From NCBI GenBank assembly GCA_902601705.1, contig CACKNV010000002.1, positions 44,043 through 108,042 on the forward strand: a stretch of 64,000 bases of DNA. The letters run 5' to 3'. Numbering within the stretch: position 1 is the stretch's first letter; every line of letters starts with the position of its first letter. Below, in pieces: positions 21,227 to 31,688 of this stretch. Below the pieces are notes generated by a model. The model made no database searches and was not told the DNA's origin. It saw only the letters and a program-made list of their open reading frames with translations. Origin of the DNA: an uncultured Pelagibacteraceae bacterium (GTDB lineage: Bacteria; Pseudomonadota; Alphaproteobacteria; Pelagibacterales; Pelagibacteraceae). Made by a program: the position numbers and the translations under genes.

Positions 21227-23061
21227 TTAATAGTTTAGAACTAGGAAAAAAAGTAATTAAAGATAAAATACCATTAATTCCAAAAAATCCTGGGGTATAT
21301 AAAATGTTAAGCTCTACGGGTGAAATTCTTTATATTGGTAAAGCAAAAAATATCCCAAACAGGCTAAAGAGTTATGTTGCAGACTCAAACCTGCCTATAA
21401 GAACTGAAAGAATGTTATCTCTTACACATAGCCTGGAAACAACTACAACAAGTAATGAGAGTGAAGCTTTATTGCTAGAAGCAAACTTAATTAAAAAACA
21501 TAAACCTCGGTACAATATTTTATTAAGAGATGATAAATCTTTCCCATACATATATATTGGTAATAAAGATAAATGGCCCCAGCTAACTAAGTTAAGAGGA
21601 AAAAAATCAAAAACAGGTTATTATTTTGGTCCCTTTGCATCAATAGGCTCTGCTAATTGGACAATCAAAATACTACAAAAAATTTTTCAATTAAGAGTTT
21701 GTGACGATACAGTTTTCAAAAACAGAGAACGCCCATGCATTCTTTATCAAATCAAAAGGTGTTCTGGTCCTTGTGTTGGTCATATTCAAGAAAAAGATTA
21801 TTTATCTACTGTGAATGATGCAATAGATTTTATTTCGGGCAAATCAAGAAGAATTCAAAAAAACTTATCTAAAGAGATGGAAGAAGCCAGTAAAGAACTT
21901 GATTACGAAAAAGCAGCTATTGCAAGAGATAGAATCAAAGCCTTAACTCAGATACAGACTTCGCAAAAGATAAACCAAACAAATTTAAATGAAGCAGATG
22001 TTATAAGTATCTATAAAGAAACTGGAAAAACTTGTATTCAGGTTTTCTTTTTTAGATCTAAACAAAACTGGGGTAATCAGGCTTTTTACCCAAAACATGA
22101 TACGGATGACTCAATTGAAGAAATTCTATTATCTTTTTTACCTCAATTTTATGAGAATAAAGCTATACCCTCTTTGATCCTAACTAATATTGAGGTAAGA
22201 GAAAAAAAACTTCTTGAGAAAACATTCTCCACAAAAGAAAATAAACAGATAACAATTAAAAAAGCAAAAGCAAAAAATGAGGTATCCATCTCAAAACTAG
22301 CTGAAAAAAATGCAAAACAGGCTTTAAAACAAAAACTCATTCAGTCAGATACAAATAATAATTTAATTGAGTCTCTTGCTTCTAAATTTAAACTTAATAG
22401 CAGTATAGATCTCATTGAAGTTTACGATAACAGTCACATTCAAGGAACAGACTCTATTGGTGCTCTTATATGCTTTAGCAATGAGGGTTTTATAAAAAAA
22501 AGATACAGAAAATTTAATATAAAGGATGAGAAAGTAAAAAACGATGATTATGGAATGATGAAAGAAGTTTTATTCAGACGATTCTCTAAAGCTATAAAAG
22601 AAAAGTCAGGATCTTTATCACTTCCAGATTTAATTTTAATAGACGGTGGTAAAGGACAATACTCAGTCAGTCGGGAGGTTTTAAATGAACTTGGCTTGCA
22701 CGATCTACCTATTTTAGCTGTAGCTAAAGGTAAAAAAAGAAATGCTGGTGAGGAAAAGATTTACCATGAAAATAAAGAATTTATTTTAAATAAGAATAAC
22801 CCTCTTTTATTTTTTATTCAAAGACTAAGAGATGAGGCCCATAGGTTCGCCATTAGTACTCACAGAGCAAAAAGAAAAAAAAATTTAAGCAAGTCATTAT
22901 TGGATCAGATACAAGGCATTGGAAAACAAAGAAAAAGGGCTTTGTTAAATCACTTTGGATCTGCTAGAGCGGTTGAGTCAGCTAGTCTCGAGGATCTTAA
23001 AGCTATTGAAGGAATAGAAGACAGTATAGCAAATAAAATATATAATTATTTTCACGAATAA
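21223..23061 (+). CDS. uvrC: Excinuclease ABC subunit C
   Basis: GIY-YIG motif ([29 protein letters not shown]), a Cys-rich segment (RVCDD...[17 protein letters not shown]), a UVR domain, and C-terminal RNase H-like and HhH regions. Confidence 0.96.
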   Translation: MINSLELGKKVIKDKIPLIPKNPGVYKMLSSTGEILYIGKAKNIPNRLKSYVADSNLPIRTERMLSLTHSLETTTTSNESEALLLEANLIKKHKPRYNILLRDDKSFPYIYIGNKDKWPQLTKLRGKKSKTGYYFGPFASIGSANWTIKILQKIFQLRVCDDTVFKNRERPCILYQIKRCSGPCVGHIQEKDYLSTVNDAIDFISGKSRRIQKNLSKEMEEASKELDYEKAAIARDRIKALTQIQTSQKINQTNLNEADVISIYKETGKTCIQVFFFRSKQNWGNQAFYPKHDTDDSIEEILLSFLPQFYENKAIPSLILTNIEVREKKLLEKTFSTKENKQITIKKAKAKNEVSISKLAEKNAKQALKQKLIQSDTNNNLIESLASKFKLNSSIDLIEVYDNSHIQGTDSIGALICFSNEGFIKKRYRKFNIKDEKVKNDDYGMMKEVLFRRFSKAIKEKSGSLSLPDLILIDGGKGQYSVSREVLNELGLHDLPILAVAKGKKRNAGEEKIYHENKEFILNKNNPLLFFIQRLRDEAHRFAISTHRAKRKKNLSKSLLDQIQGIGKQRKRALLNHFGSARAVESASLEDLKAIEGIEDSIANKIYNYFHE

Positions 23062-23067
23062 AAAAAT

Positions 23068-23652
23068 ATGAAATTAAAAATTCCAAACATATTAACTATT
23101 GGACGAATAATCATTGTACCAATATTTGTGTTAACATTTTACATCCCAGGCTTTTTTGGTGATTTGATACCTTTTTTTTTATTCGTGATAGCTAGTTTTA
23201 CAGATTACCTTGATGGACTACTAGCTAGAATTTTTAAAGAAGAGTCTAAATTAGGTGAGCTTTTGGATCCTATTGCCGATAAAATACTTGTAGCTGCTGC
23301 ATTAATTCTTTTAGTGATGAATGGAACGATCAAAAATTATGAGGTAATAGCCGCCATAATAATACTCACGAGGGAGATATTGATTTCTGGCTTGAGAGAA
23401 TTTTTAGCTAAAGGTCAAATAACAATGCAAGTCACAAGTTTATCAAAGCTGAAAACTTTTATTCAAATGGTCTCTATTGCTATTCTTCTCACGGGAGAAA
23501 GTGGAAATAAAATTATAAACTTTCAAGATTATAATGCTCAAACAATCGGAATTGTTCTTTTATGGCTTTCAGCTTTTCTTACACTTTATACAGGTTATGA
23601 TTATTTAAGAAAAGGAATTGATCATGCAATTGATCAGGATAATAAAGATTAG
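23068..23652 (+). CDS. pgsA: CDP-diacylglycerol--glycerol-3-phosphate 3-phosphatidyltransferase
   Basis: Carries the CDP-alcohol phosphatidyltransferase motif DYLDGLLAR...GELLDPIADK. The protein is multi-pass membrane. Confidence 0.9.
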   Translation: MKLKIPNILTIGRIIIVPIFVLTFYIPGFFGDLIPFFLFVIASFTDYLDGLLARIFKEESKLGELLDPIADKILVAAALILLVMNGTIKNYEVIAAIIILTREILISGLREFLAKGQITMQVTSLSKLKTFIQMVSIAILLTGESGNKIINFQDYNAQTIGIVLLWLSAFLTLYTGYDYLRKGIDHAIDQDNKD

Positions 23653-24536
23653 GCAGCTGATCTTTTTCTAACTATTTTTTGATAAGTCTCGTTTAGATTT
23701 TTTATCAGATCACAAACTTTAAAGTTATATTCTGAAATTTGGGAAACAGGTGTTACTTCAGCTGCAGTTCCGGTTAAAAAACAGCCTACAAAACCTGTCA
23801 TTTCCTCTGGCTTAATTTTTCTCTCAACTACTTTTATTCCTTTCGATTTAGCAATTTTAATTACCTCTCTTCTGGTTATCCCATCTAAAAATGAGTCGGG
23901 CACTGGAGTATGTAATTCTCCTGCTTTATTTTTAAAAAATATGTTTGCTCCAGTAGCTTCTGCGATATTTCCTTCATGGTCCAACATTAACGAGTCCGTG
24001 TATCCATTAGCTTCAGCTTCATGCTTTGATAAAGTGCAAATCATGTACAATCCTGCAGCTTTAGTATCCCAAGGAATTGTGTTTGGAGCCGGTCTTCTCC
24101 AGCTAGAAATATTTAACTTTATTCCGTTCAATTTAAGTTTTGGATCAAAATAAGATCCCCAGTCCCAAGTAGCAATTGCAACGTGAATTTTATTTTTCTG
24201 CGCAGATATAGCCATCATTTCGCTGCCTCGCCAAATTAACGGCCTAACATATCCATTTTGAACTTTTTGAACATTGACTATGTGCTTGCATGCGTTGTTT
24301 ATCTCAGCTTGCGAAAAAGGAACCTTGATACCCATTCTTTTAGCAGAATAAAAAAGTCTTTCAGTATGCTCTTCTAATTTAAATATTTCTCCTTCGTAGA
24401 CACGCTCACCTTCAAATACACAGCTAGCATAATGCAACCCGTGATTAAGGATGTGAATATTTGCATCTGCCCATTCCACAGTTTTACCATTAAACCAAAT
24501 TTTTCCTGAGCGTTTATCGTAAGGTATACTTTCCAT
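23649..24536 (-). CDS. ilvE: Branched-chain amino acid aminotransferase
   Basis: The class IV aminotransferase pattern is present: HGLHYASCVFEGERVY, GYVRPLIW, EATGANIFF, GITR. Confidence 0.9.
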   Translation of the reverse strand: MESIPYDKRSGKIWFNGKTVEWADANIHILNHGLHYASCVFEGERVYEGEIFKLEEHTERLFYSAKRMGIKVPFSQAEINNACKHIVNVQKVQNGYVRPLIWRGSEMMAISAQKNKIHVAIATWDWGSYFDPKLKLNGIKLNISSWRRPAPNTIPWDTKAAGLYMICTLSKHEAEANGYTDSLMLDHEGNIAEATGANIFFKNKAGELHTPVPDSFLDGITRREVIKIAKSKGIKVVERKIKPEEMTGFVGCFLTGTAAEVTPVSQISEYNFKVCDLIKNLNETYQKIVRKRSAA

Positions 24537-24612
24537 TTAAAGTAAATATATAGATTTTTTTATTATAAAAAAGTATATTCAATAATAGGATAAGTCAATA
24601 TAACTTACCATT

Positions 24613-25053
24613 ATGAAAGATTTGCTTTATCTTAAAGACGAACAAATTAAAGAGTTTATTCAACTACTCTACTATGCATATAGGGAAACATTTTCAGATC
24701 CTAGAGAGGTATTGTCAAAAAAATTTTTTGGCCCTGCACATTTGAGAGCATTAAATCTTATTGAAAGGAACCCGGGAATTAATTTGGGAGAGCTAATATA
24801 TAAATTAAAAGTAACTAAACAAAGTTTGAACAGAGTCTTAAGAGATTTAATTAAATCAAAAATGATCAAACAAGTTCAAGATGAAACTGACACAAGAAAA
24901 AAAAACTTATATTTAGATAAAGAAGGAAAAACTTTTTTTGAAGTTGTCTATAATACTCAAAAAAAAAGGATATTTAATGCTTTAAAAAATTCAAATTCAG
25001 ACTCTGTTATCAAGTTTAAAGAAGTTTTAAAAAAAATTATAGATGGAAAATAA
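24613..25053 (+). CDS. MarR-family transcriptional regulator
   Basis: Has a winged-HTH segment LGELIYKLKVTKQSLNRVLRDLIKSKMIKQVQDETDTRKKNLYLDKEG. It overlaps the response regulator gene by 11 nt. Confidence 0.75.
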   Translation: MKDLLYLKDEQIKEFIQLLYYAYRETFSDPREVLSKKFFGPAHLRALNLIERNPGINLGELIYKLKVTKQSLNRVLRDLIKSKMIKQVQDETDTRKKNLYLDKEGKTFFEVVYNTQKKRIFNALKNSNSDSVIKFKEVLKKIIDGK

Positions 25054-25720
25054 TAAACACCAAATTCTTATTGTAGATGACGATGACAGAATACGTAATC
25101 TTTTAAAAGATTATTTAACAGAAAATAATTATATTGTCTCTACGGCAGAAAATGCAAATCAAGCTAAAGAAAAAATAGAATATTTAAAGTTTGATATTAT
25201 GATATTAGATGTAATGATGCCTGGCCAAAATGGATACGAATTAACTCGAGAAATTAAAAAAAAAATTAAAATTCCAATTATACTACTCACAGCTAAAGGT
25301 GAAGTGGAGAATAGAATTAAAGGATTAGAACTTGGTGCAGATGATTACATTGGAAAACCGTTTGAGCCAAAAGAACTATTACTTAGAATAAAAAATATTA
25401 TTGATAAAAATTATAAAATTGACCTTAAAATAAAACATAAAATTGGTTTAGCCGAAATTGATTTGAATAAAATGACTATTAATTTGAATAATAAATTTAA
25501 AAAAATTAATAGCTCAGAAAAGAAAGTTTTAATTGAAATGCTAGCTAATCCAGGGATACCATTCTCGAGAGAAGAAATAGGAAAAATTTCTGGAATAAGC
25601 CAAGAAAGATCAATTGATGTAATGATTACAAGATTAAGACAAAAACTTGAATTAAAACCAAAAAATCCAAAATATCTACAAACAATAAGGGGCTCGGGCT
25701 ATGTTCTCTGGATTGAATAA
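25043..25720 (+). CDS. OmpR-family two-component response regulator
   Basis: Receiver domain ILIVDDDDRIRNLL...DIMILDVMMPGQNG...ADDYIGKPFEPKELLLRI plus a C-terminal winged-helix domain (IDVMITRLRQKLE...IRGSGYVL). Confidence 0.92.
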   Translation: MENNKHQILIVDDDDRIRNLLKDYLTENNYIVSTAENANQAKEKIEYLKFDIMILDVMMPGQNGYELTREIKKKIKIPIILLTAKGEVENRIKGLELGADDYIGKPFEPKELLLRIKNIIDKNYKIDLKIKHKIGLAEIDLNKMTINLNNKFKKINSSEKKVLIEMLANPGIPFSREEIGKISGISQERSIDVMITRLRQKLELKPKNPKYLQTIRGSGYVLWIE

Positions 25721-27020
25721 TTTTATAAAATATATTTTACCAAAAAGACTTTTTTACAGAGCTTTAATTATTGTAGCTGCTCCAACAATTATTTTACAAA
25801 TTATAATTACAATTGTTTTTTATGATAGTATATGGATTAAAGCTAATAAGAATATTACCAGATCGTTAGTAAACCAATTAAAAACAATTGAAGAAGTTTA
25901 TAAAAATGATAATAAAAATTTAGATTTTTTTACCGATAGTTATAAAAATAATTTTAATTTTGAAATAGGCATTAAACAGGACATTTTTCCTAATAATACT
26001 GGTGAAAGAAAATTTAGTCCTATGGATAGGTCGTTAAGAAGAGAACTAAAATCAGTTTTTGGAAATGATAATTACTGGTTTAATACATCAAAATTTAAAA
26101 ACGCCGTAGAAATAAAGATACGATCAGGAAATAATGTAATAGAATTTTTAGTTCCAAAAGAAATGGTTTCAACTTCATCTGTAAGACTATTTGTACTTTG
26201 GACTACTTTACCCTCTCTAGTTTTGATTATCGTTGCCTTAATATTTTTAAAAAACCAAACAAAACCTTTGGTAAAATTAGCTAAAGCAGCTGAAAGATTT
26301 GGAAAAGGTGACTATGTAAATGACTTTAGAGCTTCTGGATCACAGGAAATTAGAAAGGCGGCATTTGAATTTGATCGTATGGCTAAAAGAATTAATCGAC
26401 ACCTAAATCAAAGAGCAGAAATGCTTTCAGGAATAAGCCATGACTTAAGAACGCCTTTAACTAGATTAAAATTACAGTTGGCAATGTTAAAACAAAAAGA
26501 TGTCTCGGACAAAATGTCAAAGGATATTGATGAAATGGAAAAAATGTTAAATGATTATTTACATTTTGCTAAAACTCAGGCTCAAGAAACTACTAGCGAA
26601 ATAGATTTAATTTACCTACTAAATTCTTTAAAAAATGAGTTTAATGATAAAAACTTGAGCTTAGATTATAATGATTCGAATATTAAGATAAATGGTAGAC
26701 CTATAGCTTTAAAAAGATCTTTTGAAAATATTATTCAAAATGGCTTAACTTACGGTGAAAAAGTAGAAATTAATGCTCATAAGGGAAATAAATTTATAGT
26801 AGTTTTAATAGAAGATGATGGCCCTGGTATACCTGAGGACCAATACAAAAATGTTTTTAAACCGTTTTTTAGACTTGATAAAAGTAGAAGTCTTAATAAG
26901 TCAGGCGTTGGTTTGGGCTTAGCTATTGTTGAGGATGTAATTAACTCACATGGTGGAAATATTCAACTTAGTAAAAGTAAATACAGCGGCTTACAAGTTA
27001 AGATTTCTTTACCTTTTTAA
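25701..27020 (+). CDS. EnvZ-like sensor histidine kinase
   Basis: Two TM segments, a HAMP region, the H-box LSGISHDLRTPLTRL, the N-box IIQNGLTYG and the G-boxes DDGPGIP and GVGLGLAIV. Confidence 0.9.
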   Translation: MFSGLNNFIKYILPKRLFYRALIIVAAPTIILQIIITIVFYDSIWIKANKNITRSLVNQLKTIEEVYKNDNKNLDFFTDSYKNNFNFEIGIKQDIFPNNTGERKFSPMDRSLRRELKSVFGNDNYWFNTSKFKNAVEIKIRSGNNVIEFLVPKEMVSTSSVRLFVLWTTLPSLVLIIVALIFLKNQTKPLVKLAKAAERFGKGDYVNDFRASGSQEIRKAAFEFDRMAKRINRHLNQRAEMLSGISHDLRTPLTRLKLQLAMLKQKDVSDKMSKDIDEMEKMLNDYLHFAKTQAQETTSEIDLIYLLNSLKNEFNDKNLSLDYNDSNIKINGRPIALKRSFENIIQNGLTYGEKVEINAHKGNKFIVVLIEDDGPGIPEDQYKNVFKPFFRLDKSRSLNKSGVGLGLAIVEDVINSHGGNIQLSKSKYSGLQVKISLPF

Positions 27021-27240
27021 TTTTTTTATCTTTTAATTTTTTTATTATTAATTCTTGTTTTTGAACTATTTTTTTTAAAACCTCAAATTCTTCTCTAGAA
27101 ACAAGATCTAATTTGTTGATTATTTTATCTCTTGTAAATTTAAGGTCTGTAGATATCTCTTTTTTGATATCATTAGAAGTTAAGATACCATTTTCTATTA
27201 AACTTGATAATGATTTTAAAATTTTTTCTGAGTTGCTCAT
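26998..27240 (-). CDS. UbiK/YqiC (BMFP) family small coiled-coil protein
   Basis: 80 aa. The segment LDLVSREEFEVLKKIVQKQELIIKKL resembles the BMFP/UbiK signature DLVTREEFDV. Confidence 0.5.
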   Translation of the reverse strand: MSNSEKILKSLSSLIENGILTSNDIKKEISTDLKFTRDKIINKLDLVSREEFEVLKKIVQKQELIIKKLKDKKIKKVKKS

Positions 27241-27291
27241 GCCTTATCTTATTTGATGGCAATACTAATTTCAAATATGTTATAAGAAAAT

Positions 27292-28101
27292 ATGTACACC
27301 CATAATTTAGACCCTATTTTATTTAGTTTCGGGTTTTTATCGATTAGATGGTACTCATTATCTTATGTTTTTGGAATACTTATAGGTTGGTGGTTAGGAA
27401 AAAAAATAATAAATCATATTTTAAAAATATCAAATCTCAAATTTAAAATTAAAGACTTTGACGACTTAATCACTTATATAATCGTCTCAATTATAATTGG
27501 GGGGAGACTTGGATATGTGATATTTTATAATCCCGGCTACTATATTTCTAATCCAGCAGAAATTTTAAAAGTTTGGGAAGGAGGAATGTCCTTTCATGGT
27601 GCATTGATTGGTATAATTATTGGAACATACTTATTTTCTTCAAAAAAAAATATCCCTACTTTTTTTATGTTAGACATTTTAGCTTGCGTATCACCTATAG
27701 GGATTTTTTTAGGACGTTTAGCAAATTTTATAAATGGAGAATTAATTGGTAAAGCAACATCTGTTCCTTGGGGCGTGATTTTTCCAACTTTCGATAAGTT
27801 GACAAGACATCCCTCTCAACTTTATGAGGCCGTTCTTGAGGGAATAATTTTATTTTTAATATTGAATAAAATAATTTTTAAAAAAATATATTCTATTGGT
27901 ACTTGTTCTTGTTTATTTTTGATTTTCTATGGAATTTTTAGAATTATATCAGAATTTTTTAGAGAGCCTGATATTCAATTAGGTTATATATTTAATTTGT
28001 TTAGTATGGGAACAGTTTTAAGTTTACTTATGATTTTTGCTGGATTTTTAATCTACAATATTTTACGAAAAAAAAATGAAAACAAACAAAATATTTTTTA
28101 A
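27292..28101 (+). CDS. lgt: Prolipoprotein diacylglyceryl transferase
   Basis: Motifs: IRWYSLSYVFG, GGRLGYV, GGMSFHGALIG, GRLANFINGEL, PSQLYEA. Confidence 0.93.
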   Translation: MYTHNLDPILFSFGFLSIRWYSLSYVFGILIGWWLGKKIINHILKISNLKFKIKDFDDLITYIIVSIIIGGRLGYVIFYNPGYYISNPAEILKVWEGGMSFHGALIGIIIGTYLFSSKKNIPTFFMLDILACVSPIGIFLGRLANFINGELIGKATSVPWGVIFPTFDKLTRHPSQLYEAVLEGIILFLILNKIIFKKIYSIGTCSCLFLIFYGIFRIISEFFREPDIQLGYIFNLFSMGTVLSLLMIFAGFLIYNILRKKNENKQNIF

Positions 28102-29140
28102 AAATTCTAAAATTCTTCCAGTCGATAGTTTTTTCAAAAATGTTCTTTATGATAAAAAATTTGGATATTACAATTCAAAATTTCCACTAGGAAAAAAAGG
28201 TGATTTTATTACTTCGCCAAAAATATCAAATTTATTTTCTGAAATAATTGCAATTTGGATAATTAGTTGCTGGGAGACATTTGGAAAACCGAACAATTTT
28301 AATATTGTTGAGTTAGGTCCAGGTGATGGTAGTTTAGCAAGTGTATTATTAAGATCTTTTAAAAAATTTCCTAAATTTGATTCAATAAAAAAAATGTTCT
28401 TGTTCGAAGAAAGCCAACTATTAAAAAAAATACAAAAAAGGAAGATTAACAATAAGGATGTTAGGTGGATAAATAACTTTAATGAAATTAAAAAAGGGCC
28501 AGTAGTATTTTTTGGAAATGAATTTTTTGATGCAATACCAATTAAACAGTTTAAGAAATTGAAAAATACAATATTTGAGAAAAATTATATCATTGGAAAG
28601 AACAATAAAATTAAACAAGTTTTTAAAAAAGCTTCAGCATCTAATGTGAAAGATATCGAGTCTTACAAGATCTTAAAGAAATTAAAATTTATTGAATATC
28701 CAAAATTAGGTTTTAAAGAGCTTAAAAAAATAACAAAAAAAATTTCTATGCTTAATGGATGTATTTTATTAATTGATTATGGTTACTCAAATCCAAATAA
28801 TCAAAATACTTTACAATCTGTAATACAACATAAAAAAAATAAGTTATTTAATAATTTAGGTAAAGCTGATGTTACTGCGCATGTTAACTTTGCACTTCTG
28901 AATGAATTTTTTTTAAAAAATAATTTAAAAACTAAAAATTTAATATCACAAAAAAATTTTTTAGAAAACATGGGTCTTGTTGAAAGAGCAAATATTCTAG
29001 CAAAAAAAATGAGGTTTACTCAAAAAACAGATTTATATCTAAGAATTCAAAGATTATTAAGTCCTAAGATGATGGGAGAGTTATTTAAAGTAATTTTAGC
29101 TTATAATTTTAAAAACAATAATTTCGCAGGATTTAAATAA
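28076..29140 (+). CDS. MidA/NDUFAF7 family SAM-dependent methyltransferase (DUF185)
   Basis: Motifs: GDFITSPKISNLFSEIIAIW, VELGPGDGSLA, DYGY, DVTAHVNF. Confidence 0.8.
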   Translation: MKTNKIFFKNSKILPVDSFFKNVLYDKKFGYYNSKFPLGKKGDFITSPKISNLFSEIIAIWIISCWETFGKPNNFNIVELGPGDGSLASVLLRSFKKFPKFDSIKKMFLFEESQLLKKIQKRKINNKDVRWINNFNEIKKGPVVFFGNEFFDAIPIKQFKKLKNTIFEKNYIIGKNNKIKQVFKKASASNVKDIESYKILKKLKFIEYPKLGFKELKKITKKISMLNGCILLIDYGYSNPNNQNTLQSVIQHKKNKLFNNLGKADVTAHVNFALLNEFFLKNNLKTKNLISQKNFLENMGLVERANILAKKMRFTQKTDLYLRIQRLLSPKMMGELFKVILAYNFKNNNFAGFK

Positions 29141-29892
29141 TGTTTTACTCAAAAAAACTCAAAAAGATTAAAAAGATTAGTCATTGTTTTTTCTCCAGAA
29201 AAAATGGATTTTCTAAAGGTATCTATGAGGGTTTAAATTGTGGAAGAGGTTCAAAAGATAATAAAAAAAACATTCAAAAAAACCTAAAATTTGTTGCTAA
29301 AACAATGGCTGTTGAAAGAGCTAAATTGATATTAATGCATCAAACTCATAGTAATAAAGTAGTTGAAATAACAAAAAAAAATTACAAAAAAATAATCATG
29401 GCAGACGCGATGATAACTCAAATGAGAAATTTAGCTATTGGAGTAGTAACAGCTGATTGCGTGCCTATCATTTTTTGTGACAATAAAAGTCAAGTTGTTG
29501 GTTGTATTCATGCAGGCTGGAAAGGCGCTTTTACTGGTATAATTGAAAATACATTTAAAAAGGTTAAAAGACTAAATTTAAAACATAAGATCTATGCAAG
29601 TGTTGGGCCATGTATTGGGAATAAAAGTTATGAAGTTGACACTAAATTTTACAAAATGTTTGTGTCAAAATCTTGGAAATATAAAATATATTTTAAAGAA
29701 AAAAATAAAACAAAAAAACTGTTTAATTTAAGAAAATTTGTGACTGATAAGCTATTAAAATTAGGTATTAAAGTTGACCAAGTAAATAAAGATACTTTCT
29801 CTGAAAAAAGTAATTTTTTCAGTTATAGAAGATCATTTAAATTGAAGCAAAAAGATTATGGAAGATGTATATCTACAGTTCGCCTAGTTTAA
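29140..29892 (+). CDS. pgeF: Purine nucleoside phosphorylase/laccase-domain protein PgeF (YfiH, DUF152)
   Basis: Motifs: MHQTHSNKV, DAMIT, VTADCVPI, HAGWKG, RCIS. Confidence 0.85.
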   Translation: MFYSKKLKKIKKISHCFFSRKNGFSKGIYEGLNCGRGSKDNKKNIQKNLKFVAKTMAVERAKLILMHQTHSNKVVEITKKNYKKIIMADAMITQMRNLAIGVVTADCVPIIFCDNKSQVVGCIHAGWKGAFTGIIENTFKKVKRLNLKHKIYASVGPCIGNKSYEVDTKFYKMFVSKSWKYKIYFKEKNKTKKLFNLRKFVTDKLLKLGIKVDQVNKDTFSEKSNFFSYRRSFKLKQKDYGRCISTVRLV

Positions 29893-29942
29893 CTTTATTA
29901 ATTTGAAAAGATATAGAAATAAGGTATAAATAGTTACATTTC

Positions 29943-30875
29943 ATGAAAATTTTATCTGGAACAAGCAATTTAAAACTCAGTAAAAATATTGCTAAAAATC
30001 TAAAATTAAAACTTATAAACACCAATATTAGAAGATTTGCTGATGGAGAAATTTATATAGAAATAAATGAAAATATAAGGGGCAATAGTGTTTTTGTAAT
30101 TCAATCTACTTCAAATCCAGCAAACGATAATTTAATGGAATTACTTTTAGTAATTGATGCATTGAAGAGATCTTCAGCAAAAACTATAACAGCTGTAATT
30201 CCATACTTTGGTTATGCGAGACAAGATAGAAAAGTTGCTCCGAGAACCTCTATATCAGCAAAGGTTGTTGCAAATTTACTAACTAATGCGGGAGCTAATA
30301 GAATTGTTACGGTTGATTTGCACGCTGGGCAGATTCAAGGTTTTTTTGATATGCCGGTTGATAACTTGTTTACTACCCCTCTATTTTCAAAATTTATTAA
30401 TAGAAAGGTCACTTCAAAAAACTTAATTTGTGTTTCTCCAGATATGGGTGGTGTTGCTAGAACAAGAGCTTTAGCTACTAGACTAAAAGCTGAAATTGCA
30501 ATCATTGATAAAAGAAGACCAGCGCCTGGAAAATCTCAGGTTATGAATATTATTGGAGATGTTAAAAACAAAACTTGCATCATTGTAGACGATATTATTG
30601 ACAGTGGAGGGACGATAGTTAATGCAGTTGATGCTCTGAAAAAAAAGGGAGCTAAAGAAGTTTTTGTTTTTATTACTCATGCAGTATTGAGTGGAGATGC
30701 GGCAAAAAAAATTAAGAATTCTAAGATTAAAAAATTAATTATTACTGATTCAATTGATAATTCTGATAAAATTAAAAATAACAATAAAATTGAGGTGTTA
30801 TCTATCTCATCATTGATGTCGGAGGCCATTAAGAGAATAGCAAACTCTAATTCGGTGTCTGATTTATTCAATTAA
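29943..30875 (+). CDS. prs: Ribose-phosphate pyrophosphokinase
   Basis: Motifs: FADGEIYIEINENIRG, PYFGYARQDRK, VDLHAGQIQGFF, IVDDIIDSGGT. Confidence 0.96.
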   Translation: MKILSGTSNLKLSKNIAKNLKLKLINTNIRRFADGEIYIEINENIRGNSVFVIQSTSNPANDNLMELLLVIDALKRSSAKTITAVIPYFGYARQDRKVAPRTSISAKVVANLLTNAGANRIVTVDLHAGQIQGFFDMPVDNLFTTPLFSKFINRKVTSKNLICVSPDMGGVARTRALATRLKAEIAIIDKRRPAPGKSQVMNIIGDVKNKTCIIVDDIIDSGGTIVNAVDALKKKGAKEVFVFITHAVLSGDAAKKIKNSKIKKLIITDSIDNSDKIKNNNKIEVLSISSLMSEAIKRIANSNSVSDLFN

Positions 30876-30924
30876 CACTTGTTTTGATACTAATCTTGGG
30901 TTATACACCCTCTTCAATTATATT

Positions 30925-31683
30925 ATGAGTAACATAAAGGCAATAAAAAGAGAGAGCACCTCTTCTGGCTCAAACAATAAATTAAGGTCACAAGGTCTTA
31001 TACCTGCTATTCTATATGGTGGAAAAGACGCCAATCAAAATATCTCTATACAGATTAAAGAAATTAAAAATTTAATAAACTCAGATACTTTTTTATCTAA
31101 AGTTTTAGAATTAGATATTGATGGAAAAAAAGAAAAAGTAATTCCAAGAGATGTAGCTTTTAATGTCGTATCTGAAGAACCTATACATATAGACTTTATG
31201 AGAATTGTTTCAGGAAAAAAAATTATTTTAGAAATACCTGTAAAGTTTATCAATCATCCTGACTCACCTGGTTTAAAAAGAGGCGGAGTTTTAAATATAG
31301 TAAGAAGAAAAGTTGAGTTGAAATGTCCAGCAGAAAATATTCCAAATGAGATAGTCGTGGATCTTACAGGGACAGATATTGGAACAAGTATAAAAATTTC
31401 CTCTGTAAAATTAGAAGGCAATGTTGCTCCAACTATTACAGATCGTGATTTCGTAATTGCAACTGTAGCTTCTCCAACAGTTATCAAAGAACCAGAAAAA
31501 CCAGCGGAGGGAGAGGATGTAGCAGAAGGTGCTGAAGGTGAGGTTCCAGCAGAAGGTGCAGATGCTGCTGCAACTAGTAAAGATGGAGAAGCAGCTAAGA
31601 AAGATGATAAGTCTAAAGATGGTGCTGATAAAAAACCTGACGAAAAAAAATCTCCTGAAAAGAAACCTGCTGAGAAAAAATAA
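30925..31683 (+). CDS. rplY: 50S ribosomal protein L25 (Ctc form) with a low-complexity A/E/K/P C-terminal tail
   Basis: The N-terminus RSQGLIPAILYGG and the two-domain Ctc architecture are present. The tail from about residue 190 is PEKPAEGEDVAEGAEGE...KKPAEKK. Confidence 0.9.
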   Translation: MSNIKAIKRESTSSGSNNKLRSQGLIPAILYGGKDANQNISIQIKEIKNLINSDTFLSKVLELDIDGKKEKVIPRDVAFNVVSEEPIHIDFMRIVSGKKIILEIPVKFINHPDSPGLKRGGVLNIVRRKVELKCPAENIPNEIVVDLTGTDIGTSIKISSVKLEGNVAPTITDRDFVIATVASPTVIKEPEKPAEGEDVAEGAEGEVPAEGADAAATSKDGEAAKKDDKSKDGADKKPDEKKSPEKKPAEKK

Positions 31684-31688
31684 TTAAT

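Noticed and set aside
24537-24612. An imperfect inverted repeat TATATTCA...TCAATATA upstream of the MarR-family gene, considered as a possible operator.
   Set aside because: It consists almost entirely of A/T in an AT-rich spacer, so the chance expectation is high. Nothing separates it from background without comparative data.
31490-31683. A locally GC-richer, repetitive A/E/K/P-coding tail of rplY, considered as a possible foreign insertion or repeat element.
   Set aside because: It is in frame and continuous with L25/Ctc. Low-complexity charged C-terminal tails are common in alphaproteobacterial L25. The composition shift is explained by the Ala/Glu/Gly/Pro codons.
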